Translations under genes and position numbers: made by a program
Notes under the pieces: generated by a model
What the model saw: the letters and a program-made list of their open reading frames with translations, nothing else
Told to the model about the DNA's origin: nothing
The model's database searches: none
Shown here: positions 51,425 through 61,195 of the stretch, piece after piece
Position numbering within the stretch: position 1 is the first letter of the stretch
Layout of the letters: each line of letters opens with the position of its first letter
NCBI GenBank assembly: GCA_038063915.1
Contig: JBBTUE010000004.1
Span: 38,719 to 102,718 of the forward strand
Source of the DNA: Patescibacteria group bacterium
GTDB lineage: Bacteria > Patescibacteriota > Minisyncoccia > Phycocordibacterales > UBA9973
Direction: 5' to 3'
Length of the DNA stretch: 64,000 nucleotides

Positions 51425-51919
51425 TCAGTTTGGGAATTGCATACTAATTTCTAGTTGCCTTATATCTTCCAAATCGACATCTCTCGCAATCTTTGATTTA
51501 TAAGAAATAAGGGACTTTTTCGGAATAACCGGTACGACGATGCCATACACTTCCATATCTTCACTAACTGTAAGATCTCTATGCGCTGGGACCCAAACTT
51601 TTTTAGATTTATCAAAAATTTTCACTTCATCTCTTCCGGCGATGTCAATTTCTTGATTTTCATACTTTAGCGTCATCAATTTTAAATCCCATTCATCGTC
51701 GAGATAATGCTCTGGTCCGTAAATAATATATTGTTTAACCTCTGGGTATAAATCATCAAAACGATCATCAGGAATACCTATATCTATATCAGCGAGATCA
51801 CGCTTTGATCCATATAGTCGCGCAGCGAATCCGCCAGATATTTGAAAAGGGATAGAGTGTTTTTGTAATAATCCAACAATCCATCTAAATGCGCCCTCAG
51901 TGTTTTTTTCTTCTTTCAT
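51425..51919 (-). CDS. nucleotidyltransferase-fold protein
   Basis: ISGGFAA..YG..R...DID, YK...R..D..D. Confidence 0.75.
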   Translation of the reverse strand: MKEEKNTEGAFRWIVGLLQKHSIPFQISGGFAARLYGSKRDLADIDIGIPDDRFDDLYPEVKQYIIYGPEHYLDDEWDLKLMTLKYENQEIDIAGRDEVKIFDKSKKVWVPAHRDLTVSEDMEVYGIVVPVIPKKSLISYKSKIARDVDLEDIRQLEISMQFPN

Positions 51920-52083
51920 TGGTTTATTGTAACAAATCGAGTAACTGACCAGGGAATTTCGATCCTTACAGGATCAGTACACCTTTTCCATTCGCGGGTA
52001 CACTCATATGGAAAAGGTCTTCTCGTCCCTGACAGAAGCAAAGACGTTTGCTTCTTATCGGCAGCATCTCGCGGAGCTCGCTG

Positions 52084-52154
52084 CTGCCGATCAGGGACTC
52101 GAACCCCAATACCATCCTCCAGAGGGATGTGTCCTACCATTAGACGAATCGGCA
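52084..52154 (-). tRNA. tRNA-Gln(CUG)
   Basis: TGCCGAT/ATCGGCA-G, CATCC-CT CTG GA-GGATG. Confidence 0.93.
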
Positions 52155-52242
52155 ATGTCGATATATTACCATAAAAAAGGGGAAATAGGCCAAAATAAAA
52201 TACCTTCCGCACTAAAAGCGCGGAAGGTATATACGTCAATAT

Positions 52243-53409
52243 TTACGAGAACATTTCTTTTGCTACGTTTTCTGTGTATATAGGTGTCATTGCGACTCCC
52301 ATACCGTTGCAGTCAGCGATAGTAAATACATTACCACTTGGAGAAATGTGTAGGGCAGGTTTTTTATTTTCAGTGAAGCCCATTATGCCACTCCACCTCT
52401 TTTCGATAGTGTATTTTCCTCCCTTCAATATGTGGCAGGAAAGAAACTTTTCAAGCACCCTCTGGACTTTTTCAGTTGTTCCAAATTGGGTTGTTTTCTC
52501 AGTCTCAAAATCTTCATCTCTTGCTCCACCCAGCATAACTCTGTTTCCGAGGTTTCTGAAATATATGAACCCCTCATTATAGTGGAAAGTTCCGTCAAGT
52601 TTGAGGTTTTCAATTGGGCCAGTCAAAAGAATTTGACCTCTTGCTGGTGTTATAGTCACACTATCTGTAATATATCTCGTGAAGGCGTTGGTACAGAGAA
52701 TTAGTCTGAATGACTTAAAATCACCACGATTAGTGTGAACAACCACCCAATTGTTATTTTCTTCAAAAGTGACAAGCTCGGTATTATTTATGATGGTTAC
52801 TCCTAAAGATAATACTCTTTGAGTAAGAGCACTAACCAATCTTCCACTATGAAGACTACCTTCAAACTTGTTTTTAATAAGTTTATCAAATCCAGATAAA
52901 CCAAGATTGTCAGACTTGTCTACTATAGTAAATGTCTGGTCGGTGCCAGTGATTTCCCTCATCTTTCGATTTATATCACCAAGCATACAGAGTACGGGGT
53001 TCACTTTCAGACTGTCGTCAAAGCATTCATAGCCACCGCAAGGACTATAACCAATAAGTCCGTCGCCAAGAACTTTGCGCATTTTTTGGATACCTTTATA
53101 TCTCATTTCAATAAGGGACCAAACTTCGTCGCCCATAGTACTCATATCTGAAATTATTTCGCTTGGGCTCCCGAAGCAGGCAAAGCCTGCATTGCGGGTA
53201 GATGCCCCAGTTGGAATGTTTCCTCTCTCGATGATTAATATATTCAGGTGAGGGTATTCGTTTTTTAGGTTCCAAGCAGTCCAAAGACCACTTAAGCCTC
53301 CACCAACTATAATCACATCTCTGTGGCCATAATAGCTTTCTTCCCATACTGATATAGTATGAGGTTCATTTGACAAAGAGTTTCTTATCATGTTTTCGAT
53401 TTTGTTCAT
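52243..53409 (-). CDS. FAD-dependent oxidoreductase (DAO family)
   Basis: IVGGGLSG, GASTRNAGF, PARGQ, WSGIMG; start uncertain. Confidence 0.88.
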   Translation of the reverse strand: MNKIENMIRNSLSNEPHTISVWEESYYGHRDVIIVGGGLSGLWTAWNLKNEYPHLNILIIERGNIPTGASTRNAGFACFGSPSEIISDMSTMGDEVWSLIEMRYKGIQKMRKVLGDGLIGYSPCGGYECFDDSLKVNPVLCMLGDINRKMREITGTDQTFTIVDKSDNLGLSGFDKLIKNKFEGSLHSGRLVSALTQRVLSLGVTIINNTELVTFEENNNWVVVHTNRGDFKSFRLILCTNAFTRYITDSVTITPARGQILLTGPIENLKLDGTFHYNEGFIYFRNLGNRVMLGGARDEDFETEKTTQFGTTEKVQRVLEKFLSCHILKGGKYTIEKRWSGIMGFTENKKPALHISPSGNVFTIADCNGMGVAMTPIYTENVAKEMFS

Positions 53410-53669
53410 ACGAATACTATAATACTTATACATATTCGTCAAATACCATGCTTCGAATGCTATTGACACAATTGACTTTTTTGTATAATATTGAAATTAT
53501 CTAAACAAGATTAGTTGTTTGACAAAAATAGGTCTATATTTAAAACACAGCCTGATACTATATACAGGTTATAGCTCAAGCTATAAATGTGCCCGGACTA
53601 CGGATTATAACCTATAATAATTTAACGACTTTTCTATTCCAATCATTTTAAACCAACAGAGATTTTACA

Positions 53670-54059
53670 ATGAAAAAGCAATTTCTTGTAATGTTCCTGG
53701 CCGCCATGACAGTGTCATTGGCCGCCATCGCTTGGTCACCACCCGCAGTAAACACTGCTAAAATTATGAAGCCGGTGATCGAAAAAGCTGTTTTTGCAAA
53801 TTTGAGCTGCGTCACTGATCAACTGTTCCTGCTGCCCGGAGGTGCTGCCACAGACATTGTGGTAACACAAAATATTTCTTCTGAAGTGGTCCTTTTTGAT
53901 GTGAACTGCATAACCCAGAAGCTGTCCGGAGGTACTGTTTCGCCTGATAACATGGTTGCTGTAAGTAATGATAATAATAAAGAGAAAAATACCCAGGAAA
54001 AAATTACCACTGATGCAACCGGCGCTTATAACACCAGGGAACCTGATCAATTGGAATAA
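53670..54059 (+). CDS. secreted hypothetical protein
   Basis: Signal peptide MKKQFLVMFLAAMTVSLAAIA; terminator at about 54096-54128. Confidence 0.55.
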   Translation: MKKQFLVMFLAAMTVSLAAIAWSPPAVNTAKIMKPVIEKAVFANLSCVTDQLFLLPGGAATDIVVTQNISSEVVLFDVNCITQKLSGGTVSPDNMVAVSNDNNKEKNTQEKITTDATGAYNTREPDQLE

Positions 54060-54173
54060 AAAGAAAAAATAAAAGATTTAAAAGCAATGAAACAAACCGG
54101 AACGAAAGTTCCGGTTCGTTTATTTTTTACCCCCTTTCAATTTCTCTAAAAACAATGTAAAGTAGATGTCTAT

Positions 54174-55646
54174 ATGGCCCACGCCGAAGTGGTAATACGT
54201 TTTGAAAACGTTTCATTTGAATACGGGCACAACAAACACATTTTAGATAATGTGGATTTTTCTATACGCCGTGGGATGAAGGTCACTATCATGGGCCAAA
54301 ATGGCGCCGGCAAGAGTACTATATTCTCCCTCATCACTGGCGCAAATACACCCGAAGATGGACAAGTGCATCTTGCACAGCGCACAACTATCGCCCTCTC
54401 TCGCCAAGTCATACCTCGAGATGAGCTCGATCTCTCGGTAAGAGATTTTTTTCAGAAATGCTTTAAAGAAAAAGTATATGATATAGATCCAAAGATAGAT
54501 GAGGCGCTAGAGGTTGTGAATTTAAAGGGCCACGAAAAAGTCCACGATCGTATAGTAAAGTCATTCTCTGGTGGTCAGCAAGCACGATTACTCCTTGCGT
54601 CAGCTTTGATACAGGAGCCAGATATACTTCTCCTAGATGAACCTACAAACAACTTGGACAAAGCCGGTATCGCACATTTGACGGACTTTCTAGTGAAATA
54701 CAAGAAGACGGTGATGGTAATTTCTCACGATGCCCACTTCCTAAACTCTTTCACTGATGCAGTGCTTTATCTTGATGTCTATACCAGGAAGATAGAGCAA
54801 TATGTCGGCAACTATACTGATGTTCGAGATCAGATTACAGTGCGTATGGAGCGTGAGAATCGCAAGAATGCACTTCTCTCAAAAGAAATCCAAGCCAAGA
54901 AGGATCAAGCCAATGCTTTTGCGATGAAGGGTGGCAATCTTCGTGCTGTAGCCAAGCGCATGCGAGAACTCGCGGAAGATTTAGAAGAAGAAAAAGTAGA
55001 CGTTCGTAAAGAAGATAAAACTATTCGCCCGTTCACGATACCAGCTCAGCCAGATATTGTAGGCGATATTGTCGCGCTCACTTCTCTTTCAATTTTCAAG
55101 AATGGTAAATTAAAAAAGGTTAAAGCCAATATTAAGCTCCGCAAAAATAAACATCTCTTACTCTCTGGTCCAAATGGTATAGGCAAGAGCACCCTACTCG
55201 AATCACTTGCAAATGCTACTGCGGAGGGCGCAGTTATTACATCTGGAGTCAGAGTTGGATATTATAGGCAAGATTTCTCGACGCTCAATTTCAATGACAC
55301 AGTTTACGAATCGCTTGCTGACGTATCAAGAAGTGTGACAGGTAGAGTAGACGAAGAGAAGATTCGTGCCATTGTAGCAGGGTTTCTGATAACTGGGGAT
55401 ATGGTCCACACGAGGATAGGTAGCCTCTCCGAAGGCCAAAAAGGCCTAGTAGCCTTTGCTCGGCTCGTAATAGAGCAGCCGGGGCTCTTGATACTCGATG
55501 AGCCTACGAATCATATAAACTTCCGCCACCTACCAATCATAGCCAAAGCACTCGACGGATATATGGGTGCAATGATTATCGTATCTCACGTGCCGGAATT
55601 CATATCTCAAATTCGTATCGACGATACACTTGACTTAGATAAATAA
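54174..55646 (+). CDS. ABC-F family ATPase
   Basis: Two ABC domains (GQNGAGKS, GPNGIGKS), LDEPTN twice, no TM. Confidence 0.92.
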   Translation: MAHAEVVIRFENVSFEYGHNKHILDNVDFSIRRGMKVTIMGQNGAGKSTIFSLITGANTPEDGQVHLAQRTTIALSRQVIPRDELDLSVRDFFQKCFKEKVYDIDPKIDEALEVVNLKGHEKVHDRIVKSFSGGQQARLLLASALIQEPDILLLDEPTNNLDKAGIAHLTDFLVKYKKTVMVISHDAHFLNSFTDAVLYLDVYTRKIEQYVGNYTDVRDQITVRMERENRKNALLSKEIQAKKDQANAFAMKGGNLRAVAKRMRELAEDLEEEKVDVRKEDKTIRPFTIPAQPDIVGDIVALTSLSIFKNGKLKKVKANIKLRKNKHLLLSGPNGIGKSTLLESLANATAEGAVITSGVRVGYYRQDFSTLNFNDTVYESLADVSRSVTGRVDEEKIRAIVAGFLITGDMVHTRIGSLSEGQKGLVAFARLVIEQPGLLILDEPTNHINFRHLPIIAKALDGYMGAMIIVSHVPEFISQIRIDDTLDLDK

Positions 55647-55676
55647 TATTTAATTCCTAGATGTTATAATATAACT

Positions 55677-56021
55677 ATGATTTTCCAAATTTTACATATA
55701 CGGAGTGCTATAAAAGAAGCCAAAGAAGACCCTGGGAATTTTGCAGGGTCGCAAGCTCGCGATGTGATTTTTGGCATTATACTCATACCGTTGATAATAG
55801 TATTACTTGGGCTTACTTTTCTATTCTTCCTTGCATATACAAAGTTCCTCGGGGGGCCGTACTTATTTTTCAAAATAGTTTTCATTATAGGACTTATAGT
55901 TTCATTTACTTTTGGCTCTATTGTGTATAAACTCACATCAGTACTTAGACGTACAACCAAAAAAGTAGTGAATAAAACTATTGAAAATGTTTCAAATGTT
56001 GATGTAACTGATAAAAAATAA
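55677..56021 (+). CDS. hypothetical membrane protein
   Basis: 2 TM; TGTTATAAT 6 nt before the ATG. Confidence 0.6.
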   Translation: MIFQILHIRSAIKEAKEDPGNFAGSQARDVIFGIILIPLIIVLLGLTFLFFLAYTKFLGGPYLFFKIVFIIGLIVSFTFGSIVYKLTSVLRRTTKKVVNKTIENVSNVDVTDKK

Positions 56022-56062
56022 AGACCCTCGCGCATTGCTTGAGGGTCTCATTCCTAAATATT

Positions 56063-56497
56063 TTATTTTGGATTTTTTATTATATATTCAGCCTTTGGTT
56101 GATCGGGGTTGGCCAGGTCAATACCCAAAGCCTCGTTTCTCTGTGTTACATGAAGTCCTATCTTCACACCCCTCTCTCTTTCAATAACAAACACCATATT
56201 CGAAAGGAATGCACTGCTACAGATGACTATCACTGTATCAGCTTCAACCTCCATTACCTCAGTAAATCCTGGGGAATCAAATGACACTGTAGCCGCATCT
56301 ACGTCCAGGTTATCTGACCAAATGAGCTTTGAGGCAAGTATTATTCCGCGGAGTCTATCCACTGTCTCAGCCATGTCTCTTCTCGTTGCAGAAATGATAG
56401 TTACTTTACCTACGCAATATTCATCAATTTCAGTAATATCTCCTGGTAATAAGGATTTGTTTATTAAAACGAATCTCTTTGTAGTGTTCTTTTTCAT
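56063..56497 (-). CDS. hypothetical protein
   Basis: Probable start MKKNTT at 56497. Confidence 0.5.
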   Translation of the reverse strand: MKKNTTKRFVLINKSLLPGDITEIDEYCVGKVTIISATRRDMAETVDRLRGIILASKLIWSDNLDVDAATVSFDSPGFTEVMEVEADTVIVICSSAFLSNMVFVIERERGVKIGLHVTQRNEALGIDLANPDQPKAEYIIKNPK

Positions 56498-56616
56498 ACA
56501 AAAGGTTTTAAGTTTTTTATAACAATACCTCATTTCAATAATTCTGTCAAATGCAACATAAAACTGCGTGTAACCATAGGCAACACGCAGCTTTTTTATT
56601 ATCGAACAATGAAATT

Positions 56617-57468
56617 TTAATCCGTTTTCCACCAGTTCATCCTGATTCCAAACATTGTACTGATTGGATCAGCGAAATTATTAAAATCATTTTGAAGCTG
56701 GCTATTTGGTCCCTGCTGGTTAGATTTGATCCTGTAATTTACGTTCACCATTTTTACCCCTGCAAACAATTCAAATGCGCTGTATTTAGATTTTTTCGGC
56801 ATAAATTTGTAGTAAACGCAGGCATTCATCGTACTGACAGAGTTACTTGAAATAGTTGCATGGAATTGGTTGTTTGGTATTTGAACTTCAGTCTCAGAGC
56901 TTTTCATTAGTGAATATTCTGCACTGAGTCCAAAATTACTTAAATCTCCTCTTAAACCTATACCCCCAGAGAAAATATTTTTTTTCCAGGAGTAGTTGCT
57001 GGATCTTGGCAACACTGTAAGTACTGCTTCAACTTTTCCCCGCAAAGCATCTTTATAAGAGACATTTGCTGATAATCCGGCTCCGAAGTAGTTTTCAGTT
57101 TTCTTTGGCTGGCTGTTATACAGTGGTATCATTCTGATTGCACCACCGATTCCACCGGCAATTTTAATATCATCGTTGGTCATCGATTCTTTATTTTGCC
57201 CAACTCCGATGACAATAAGCCTGGATTTTTCGAAAGGTTTTTGCCCAGTAGCGTTTAGGGTTTGTTTAAGGTCAAAAGTGTAGAATATTCCTGTATTGCC
57301 GTCTTTGATGTTATAAACCCCTGTCCAGTTACCGTTCAAAACTTTCTGGGAGGTCCCGGCATTATCCTTGCCAAAGTCAAATCCTAAGGTTATTTCACTG
57401 AAATACTTCTGTGCAGTTGCTGTGGTGTATACCAAAGCCATTAAAGCAATAACTATTAACTTTCTCAT
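56617..57468 (-). CDS. secreted beta-barrel-like hypothetical protein
   Basis: Signal peptide ...TATA|Q, amphipathic Gly/aromatic strands, C-terminal FGIRMNW. Confidence 0.7.
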   Translation of the reverse strand: MRKLIVIALMALVYTTATAQKYFSEITLGFDFGKDNAGTSQKVLNGNWTGVYNIKDGNTGIFYTFDLKQTLNATGQKPFEKSRLIVIGVGQNKESMTNDDIKIAGGIGGAIRMIPLYNSQPKKTENYFGAGLSANVSYKDALRGKVEAVLTVLPRSSNYSWKKNIFSGGIGLRGDLSNFGLSAEYSLMKSSETEVQIPNNQFHATISSNSVSTMNACVYYKFMPKKSKYSAFELFAGVKMVNVNYRIKSNQQGPNSQLQNDFNNFADPISTMFGIRMNWWKTD

Positions 57469-57550
57469 TGTTGTATGAAATTTTATGGTTCACAATATTT
57501 TGTACTCTTATTAACATTTATAGGGATAAAAGTCAAGGGGGGAGGTTCTC

Positions 57551-57592
57551 ATACCAAAACAGCCCCGACTTAGGTTGGGGCTGTTTTGGTAT
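57551..57592. terminator. intrinsic terminator hairpin
   Basis: ATACCAAAACAGCCCC...GGGGCTGTTTTGGTAT. Confidence 0.7.
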
Positions 57593-57594
57593 AA

Positions 57595-59205
57595 CTACTT
57601 ATTTTTTGATATATCTATACCAGAGTTGAATGAGGTTGTATTGGGTGCATTTGTCAGGTCTTTTCCTATTTTTTTTGTAATGGCAAAGTTTTCAACATTT
57701 ATTTTTTCAAAGTTTTTCAATCGGTTTTCAAATATAGCAATATTTTTCTTTATCTCTTTTATTTCTTTTTTATCAGTTGTCCTTTCTAATTCATTCTGGA
57801 AATTAATTATTCCCTGTTTTGTATTTTTTATATCTATATCTCGTCCTCTTGTTTCCCACTCTTGGTCAAAAGCTGCTATTAGATCATTTAGAGATAGAAT
57901 ATTTTTCTTGCCATTTATTTTTACGTAAAATATAAATTCTACGTTTTTCTCTTTTTCTATTTTCGCCATCTCTTCTAATTTGAGCTTGGTGAGGTCTTGA
58001 AATTCTTCATCTGAGGCGTATAGAGCAATAGCCTTCTCAGCATCTTTCTTTTCTTGCATTTCCTTGATAATCACATCAATACCTAGCTCCTTTGTCTTAT
58101 TGACAGTTTTCATTTTTTTAATATTTTCTACTCCTTCTTTGAGGTTTTTTGCATCAAGTACAGTATCTGCTACATCTGTAAAACCGATAACCCGCATCGG
58201 GATTTCTTGCTCAGTAGCAGTAAGTATATAATTTCCTAGTTCCTCCTTATTTTGTTCCATAGATGGACTTTTATCGAAAAACGCATATGCCTTTTTAAAA
58301 CCCTTTGTCTTAAACGTATTCCAATCCGTCTCTATTTTTACTTCAGGTTTTTCAGGTTCTACATTAACTATCTCTACTTCACCACCACCTTCTAGTAAAG
58401 CCTCTAGAGCTATTTTTGTTCTTGCGCCTAGCTTGCCATCAAGCAAAGTTCCAGCAGCTGTCTGGTCGTATTTCTCTAGAATTCTTTTTATAACTTCTGG
58501 TTTATTTTTCTCTAAATAAGCAAACAAATCAGTTTGGAAGTTAAGAACATTATTTATTCGGAATCCGTATTTTTGTGCTATTTTTCCAAGATCTCCCGGT
58601 TTGATATTGGATTCGTTATTAAAGAAGGAGTTATTTAATCCTGTTGGAGTAATAGCACCTTCCTTGGTTTTCGACTTTGTGTAGAGTGGAAGAGGGCTAT
58701 CTTTTGTATCCATAGTATCTTTAAGGTTAGCGCTCTTCGTATTAGTGGTGTCACCGAATACTCCTTCAGCAGTTTTATTGCCGGCCATACTCGCCATAGA
58801 TATACCAGTAGCTATACCAGTAACCATGGCTTTTCTTCTATTTCTTTTTATAAAATTCCAGAATTTTTTAAAAATATTCTCTCTCTCTTTTTTGAATAGT
58901 TGATCTCTAGTGACAACTTTATTTGTACCAGTCTTCTCATTTTTCAACACGCCATCCATATCTTCATCTGGAGGATATTTATTAAGGAGTTGTTGTTTTA
59001 CTACTTCTACGTCGATATTATTATTCACTATTTTTTTACTGCTCTCTAGCGCGCCTTGCACTTCTGGTTTGCTTGGTACCTGACTTTTAAAAAATTCTCC
59101 AGCTTTGTTGATAGTATTCTCTCCGAGTGAGACTGACGAAGCCCCGTCTTTGAGTGACGTTTCTTCTATATTGCTTTCCTTGAGATTTTGTTTCCTTTTA
59201 TCCAT
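57595..59205 (-). CDS. hypothetical protein with PG-binding-like and vWA-like motifs
   Basis: Internal hydrophobic segment, DGKLGARTKIAL, FFDKSPSM; probable start MDKRK at 59205. Confidence 0.6.
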   Translation of the reverse strand: MDKRKQNLKESNIEETSLKDGASSVSLGENTINKAGEFFKSQVPSKPEVQGALESSKKIVNNNIDVEVVKQQLLNKYPPDEDMDGVLKNEKTGTNKVVTRDQLFKKERENIFKKFWNFIKRNRRKAMVTGIATGISMASMAGNKTAEGVFGDTTNTKSANLKDTMDTKDSPLPLYTKSKTKEGAITPTGLNNSFFNNESNIKPGDLGKIAQKYGFRINNVLNFQTDLFAYLEKNKPEVIKRILEKYDQTAAGTLLDGKLGARTKIALEALLEGGGEVEIVNVEPEKPEVKIETDWNTFKTKGFKKAYAFFDKSPSMEQNKEELGNYILTATEQEIPMRVIGFTDVADTVLDAKNLKEGVENIKKMKTVNKTKELGIDVIIKEMQEKKDAEKAIALYASDEEFQDLTKLKLEEMAKIEKEKNVEFIFYVKINGKKNILSLNDLIAAFDQEWETRGRDIDIKNTKQGIINFQNELERTTDKKEIKEIKKNIAIFENRLKNFEKINVENFAITKKIGKDLTNAPNTTSFNSGIDISKNK

Positions 59206-59290
59206 ATATACTAATCTGCGGTTAATTATGTGCACATTATACCAGATACTAGTACTATTACTAGGATGCTCTATGATATACTGCCTAGGT

Positions 59291-59905
59291 ATGAAGGACG
59301 ACAAGAAACACTTGAAAAGGGAGAAAAATATACTCTATACAGGCTTTGGCGACAAAGGAACTACAACTCTCTTTGGTTGTAAGCAAGAGAGGATATCTAA
59401 AAGTGCTAATATCGTAGAGGCTCTGGGGTCTATCGACGAGCTCAATGCATATCTGGGACTAGTGAAAGTTTATTCAGAAATGGACAAACTAAAAATAAAA
59501 GGAGGTGGTAAAACAATCTCATACTGCGATGCTCTAGCAGAAATTCAGCAAGTTTTGTTTATCATCCAAGCAGAACTAGCAGGGTCAGACATGACCGTAC
59601 AAGATAGGGAAGTAAAAAATATCGAGGATCTTATTAATAAAATCGCTGATATACTCCCACCTATAACTACATTTACTATCTCCGGTGGCAGTGTTGCTTC
59701 TGCATCGCTTGATGTGGCTCGGACGCTTGCCCGTCGTGCAGAACGCAGGATTGTATCAGTGATGGAAGAAGGACATAGGAAAATAGGTCTTGGAACTATA
59801 TCTTATTTAAATAGGCTTTCAAGCGTACTTTTTGCCCTTTCAAGGTATGCAAACTATGTCCTATCGATACCAGAGGATCACCCTACTTATCTTAAAGATG
59901 AATAA
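59291..59905 (+). CDS. pduO: cob(I)alamin adenosyltransferase, PduO type
   Basis: LYTGFGDKGTT, GSIDELN, ARTLARRAER, YLNRLS. Confidence 0.9.
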   Translation: MKDDKKHLKREKNILYTGFGDKGTTTLFGCKQERISKSANIVEALGSIDELNAYLGLVKVYSEMDKLKIKGGGKTISYCDALAEIQQVLFIIQAELAGSDMTVQDREVKNIEDLINKIADILPPITTFTISGGSVASASLDVARTLARRAERRIVSVMEEGHRKIGLGTISYLNRLSSVLFALSRYANYVLSIPEDHPTYLKDE

Positions 59906-59911
59906 ACAGAT

Positions 59912-60841
59912 ATGAAAATTTTTACAAAAACAGGCCTTGACGGCCCGATATTCATAATAGTCGCTGCGATTCTCTGGGCACTCGACGGTGTGATACGTAG
60001 ATATTTATATAGTTTGCCACCCATCACGATTATATTCTTTGAGCATCTGATTGGTCTTATTATTCTCACTCCGTTTATCTGGAAGAAATTATTCACAGAA
60101 AGAATCAATAAAAAAGACGTCGGGCTTTTGGTGATCATAGCTATTTTAAGTGGTCTACTCGGAACGCTGTGGTTTACGACAGCGTTGCTCAAAGTTCACT
60201 TTATATCTTTCTCTGTAGTGTTTTTACTTCAGAAACTTCAACCAATTTTTGCCATCGGTTCTGCCTCCATATTCTTGAAAGAAAAGTTAGATAAGCGGTA
60301 TATAAAATGGGCACTGCTTGCTATAGTGGCTGCGTATTTTGTAACCTTCAAGAATGGTCATGTTGATTTAGCCACTGGCGAGGGGACTATCGTAGCAGCA
60401 CTCTACGCACTAGGTGCGGCTTTTGCCTGGGGAACATCTACTACGTTTTCTAAAATGGTTTTAACTAAGATTTCTTTTGGAGTTAGTACATTCTATAGAT
60501 TCTTGTTTACAAGTATCATTACCGCGTTTGTAATTTTAATATTAGGTTATGGAAATTCTCTGACTTTACCGACGCTTGGTCAGTTCGGTTTATTTACTTT
60601 AATAGCTGTCTCGACAGGTATGGTTGCGCTCGTAATTTATTACAGAGGTCTGGCAAGAACTCCGGTCCATATATCTACAATCCTAGAGCTCACTTTCCCT
60701 TTCATTGCAATATTTATTGATACTGTGCTATATAATAGTGTATTATCATTATCACAATGGGTCGCTACTTTTATACTTGTTTTTGCAATTTACAAGGTAG
60801 CTCGCTTACAATCATATGCTGTTTCAAGCAAGACAAATTAA
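59912..60841 (+). CDS. EamA/DMT family transporter
   Basis: About 10 TM, LLQKLQPIF. Confidence 0.85.
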   Translation: MKIFTKTGLDGPIFIIVAAILWALDGVIRRYLYSLPPITIIFFEHLIGLIILTPFIWKKLFTERINKKDVGLLVIIAILSGLLGTLWFTTALLKVHFISFSVVFLLQKLQPIFAIGSASIFLKEKLDKRYIKWALLAIVAAYFVTFKNGHVDLATGEGTIVAALYALGAAFAWGTSTTFSKMVLTKISFGVSTFYRFLFTSIITAFVILILGYGNSLTLPTLGQFGLFTLIAVSTGMVALVIYYRGLARTPVHISTILELTFPFIAIFIDTVLYNSVLSLSQWVATFILVFAIYKVARLQSYAVSSKTN

Positions 60842-61187
60842 AGGAATCGGTAGGGGTCATAAAATTGGTTTCCCAACTATTAATCTACTCATACCAGAAG
60901 GTTTTCATATAGATGAGGGTATATACGCCGTTTGGGTAGTTATAGATAATCTAACTTATAAGGGAGCTTTGCATTATGGCCCAATACCAACCTTTGACTT
61001 AAAAGATAAAACTTTGGAAGTCCATTTAATTGATGTAACAGATGGAGATGCTCCGGAAACTTTCGGGAAAGAAATAGAAATCGATGTTGTTGAGAGAATT
61101 AGAGATATAAGATATTTTGATACTGCACTTGAGCTCGCCACTGCTATAAGTGAAGATGTCCAGAAAGTAAAATTGATATTAAAATAA
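60816..61187 (+). CDS. stand-alone riboflavin kinase
   Basis: G.GRG.KIGFPTIN, GIYA, G..PTF, EVHLID. Confidence 0.88.
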   Translation: MLFQARQIKGIGRGHKIGFPTINLLIPEGFHIDEGIYAVWVVIDNLTYKGALHYGPIPTFDLKDKTLEVHLIDVTDGDAPETFGKEIEIDVVERIRDIRYFDTALELATAISEDVQKVKLILK

Positions 61188-61195
61188 CCAATTAG

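Noticed and set aside
51916-52283. ORFs 51916-52239 and 52008-52283
   Set aside because: They overlap tRNA-Gln and its structured trailer and have no protein motifs.
53545-53615. Purine-riboswitch-like leader (AAATGTGCCCGGACTACG)
   Set aside because: The TTTCTACC core and P1-P3 layout are missing; only short hairpins are present.
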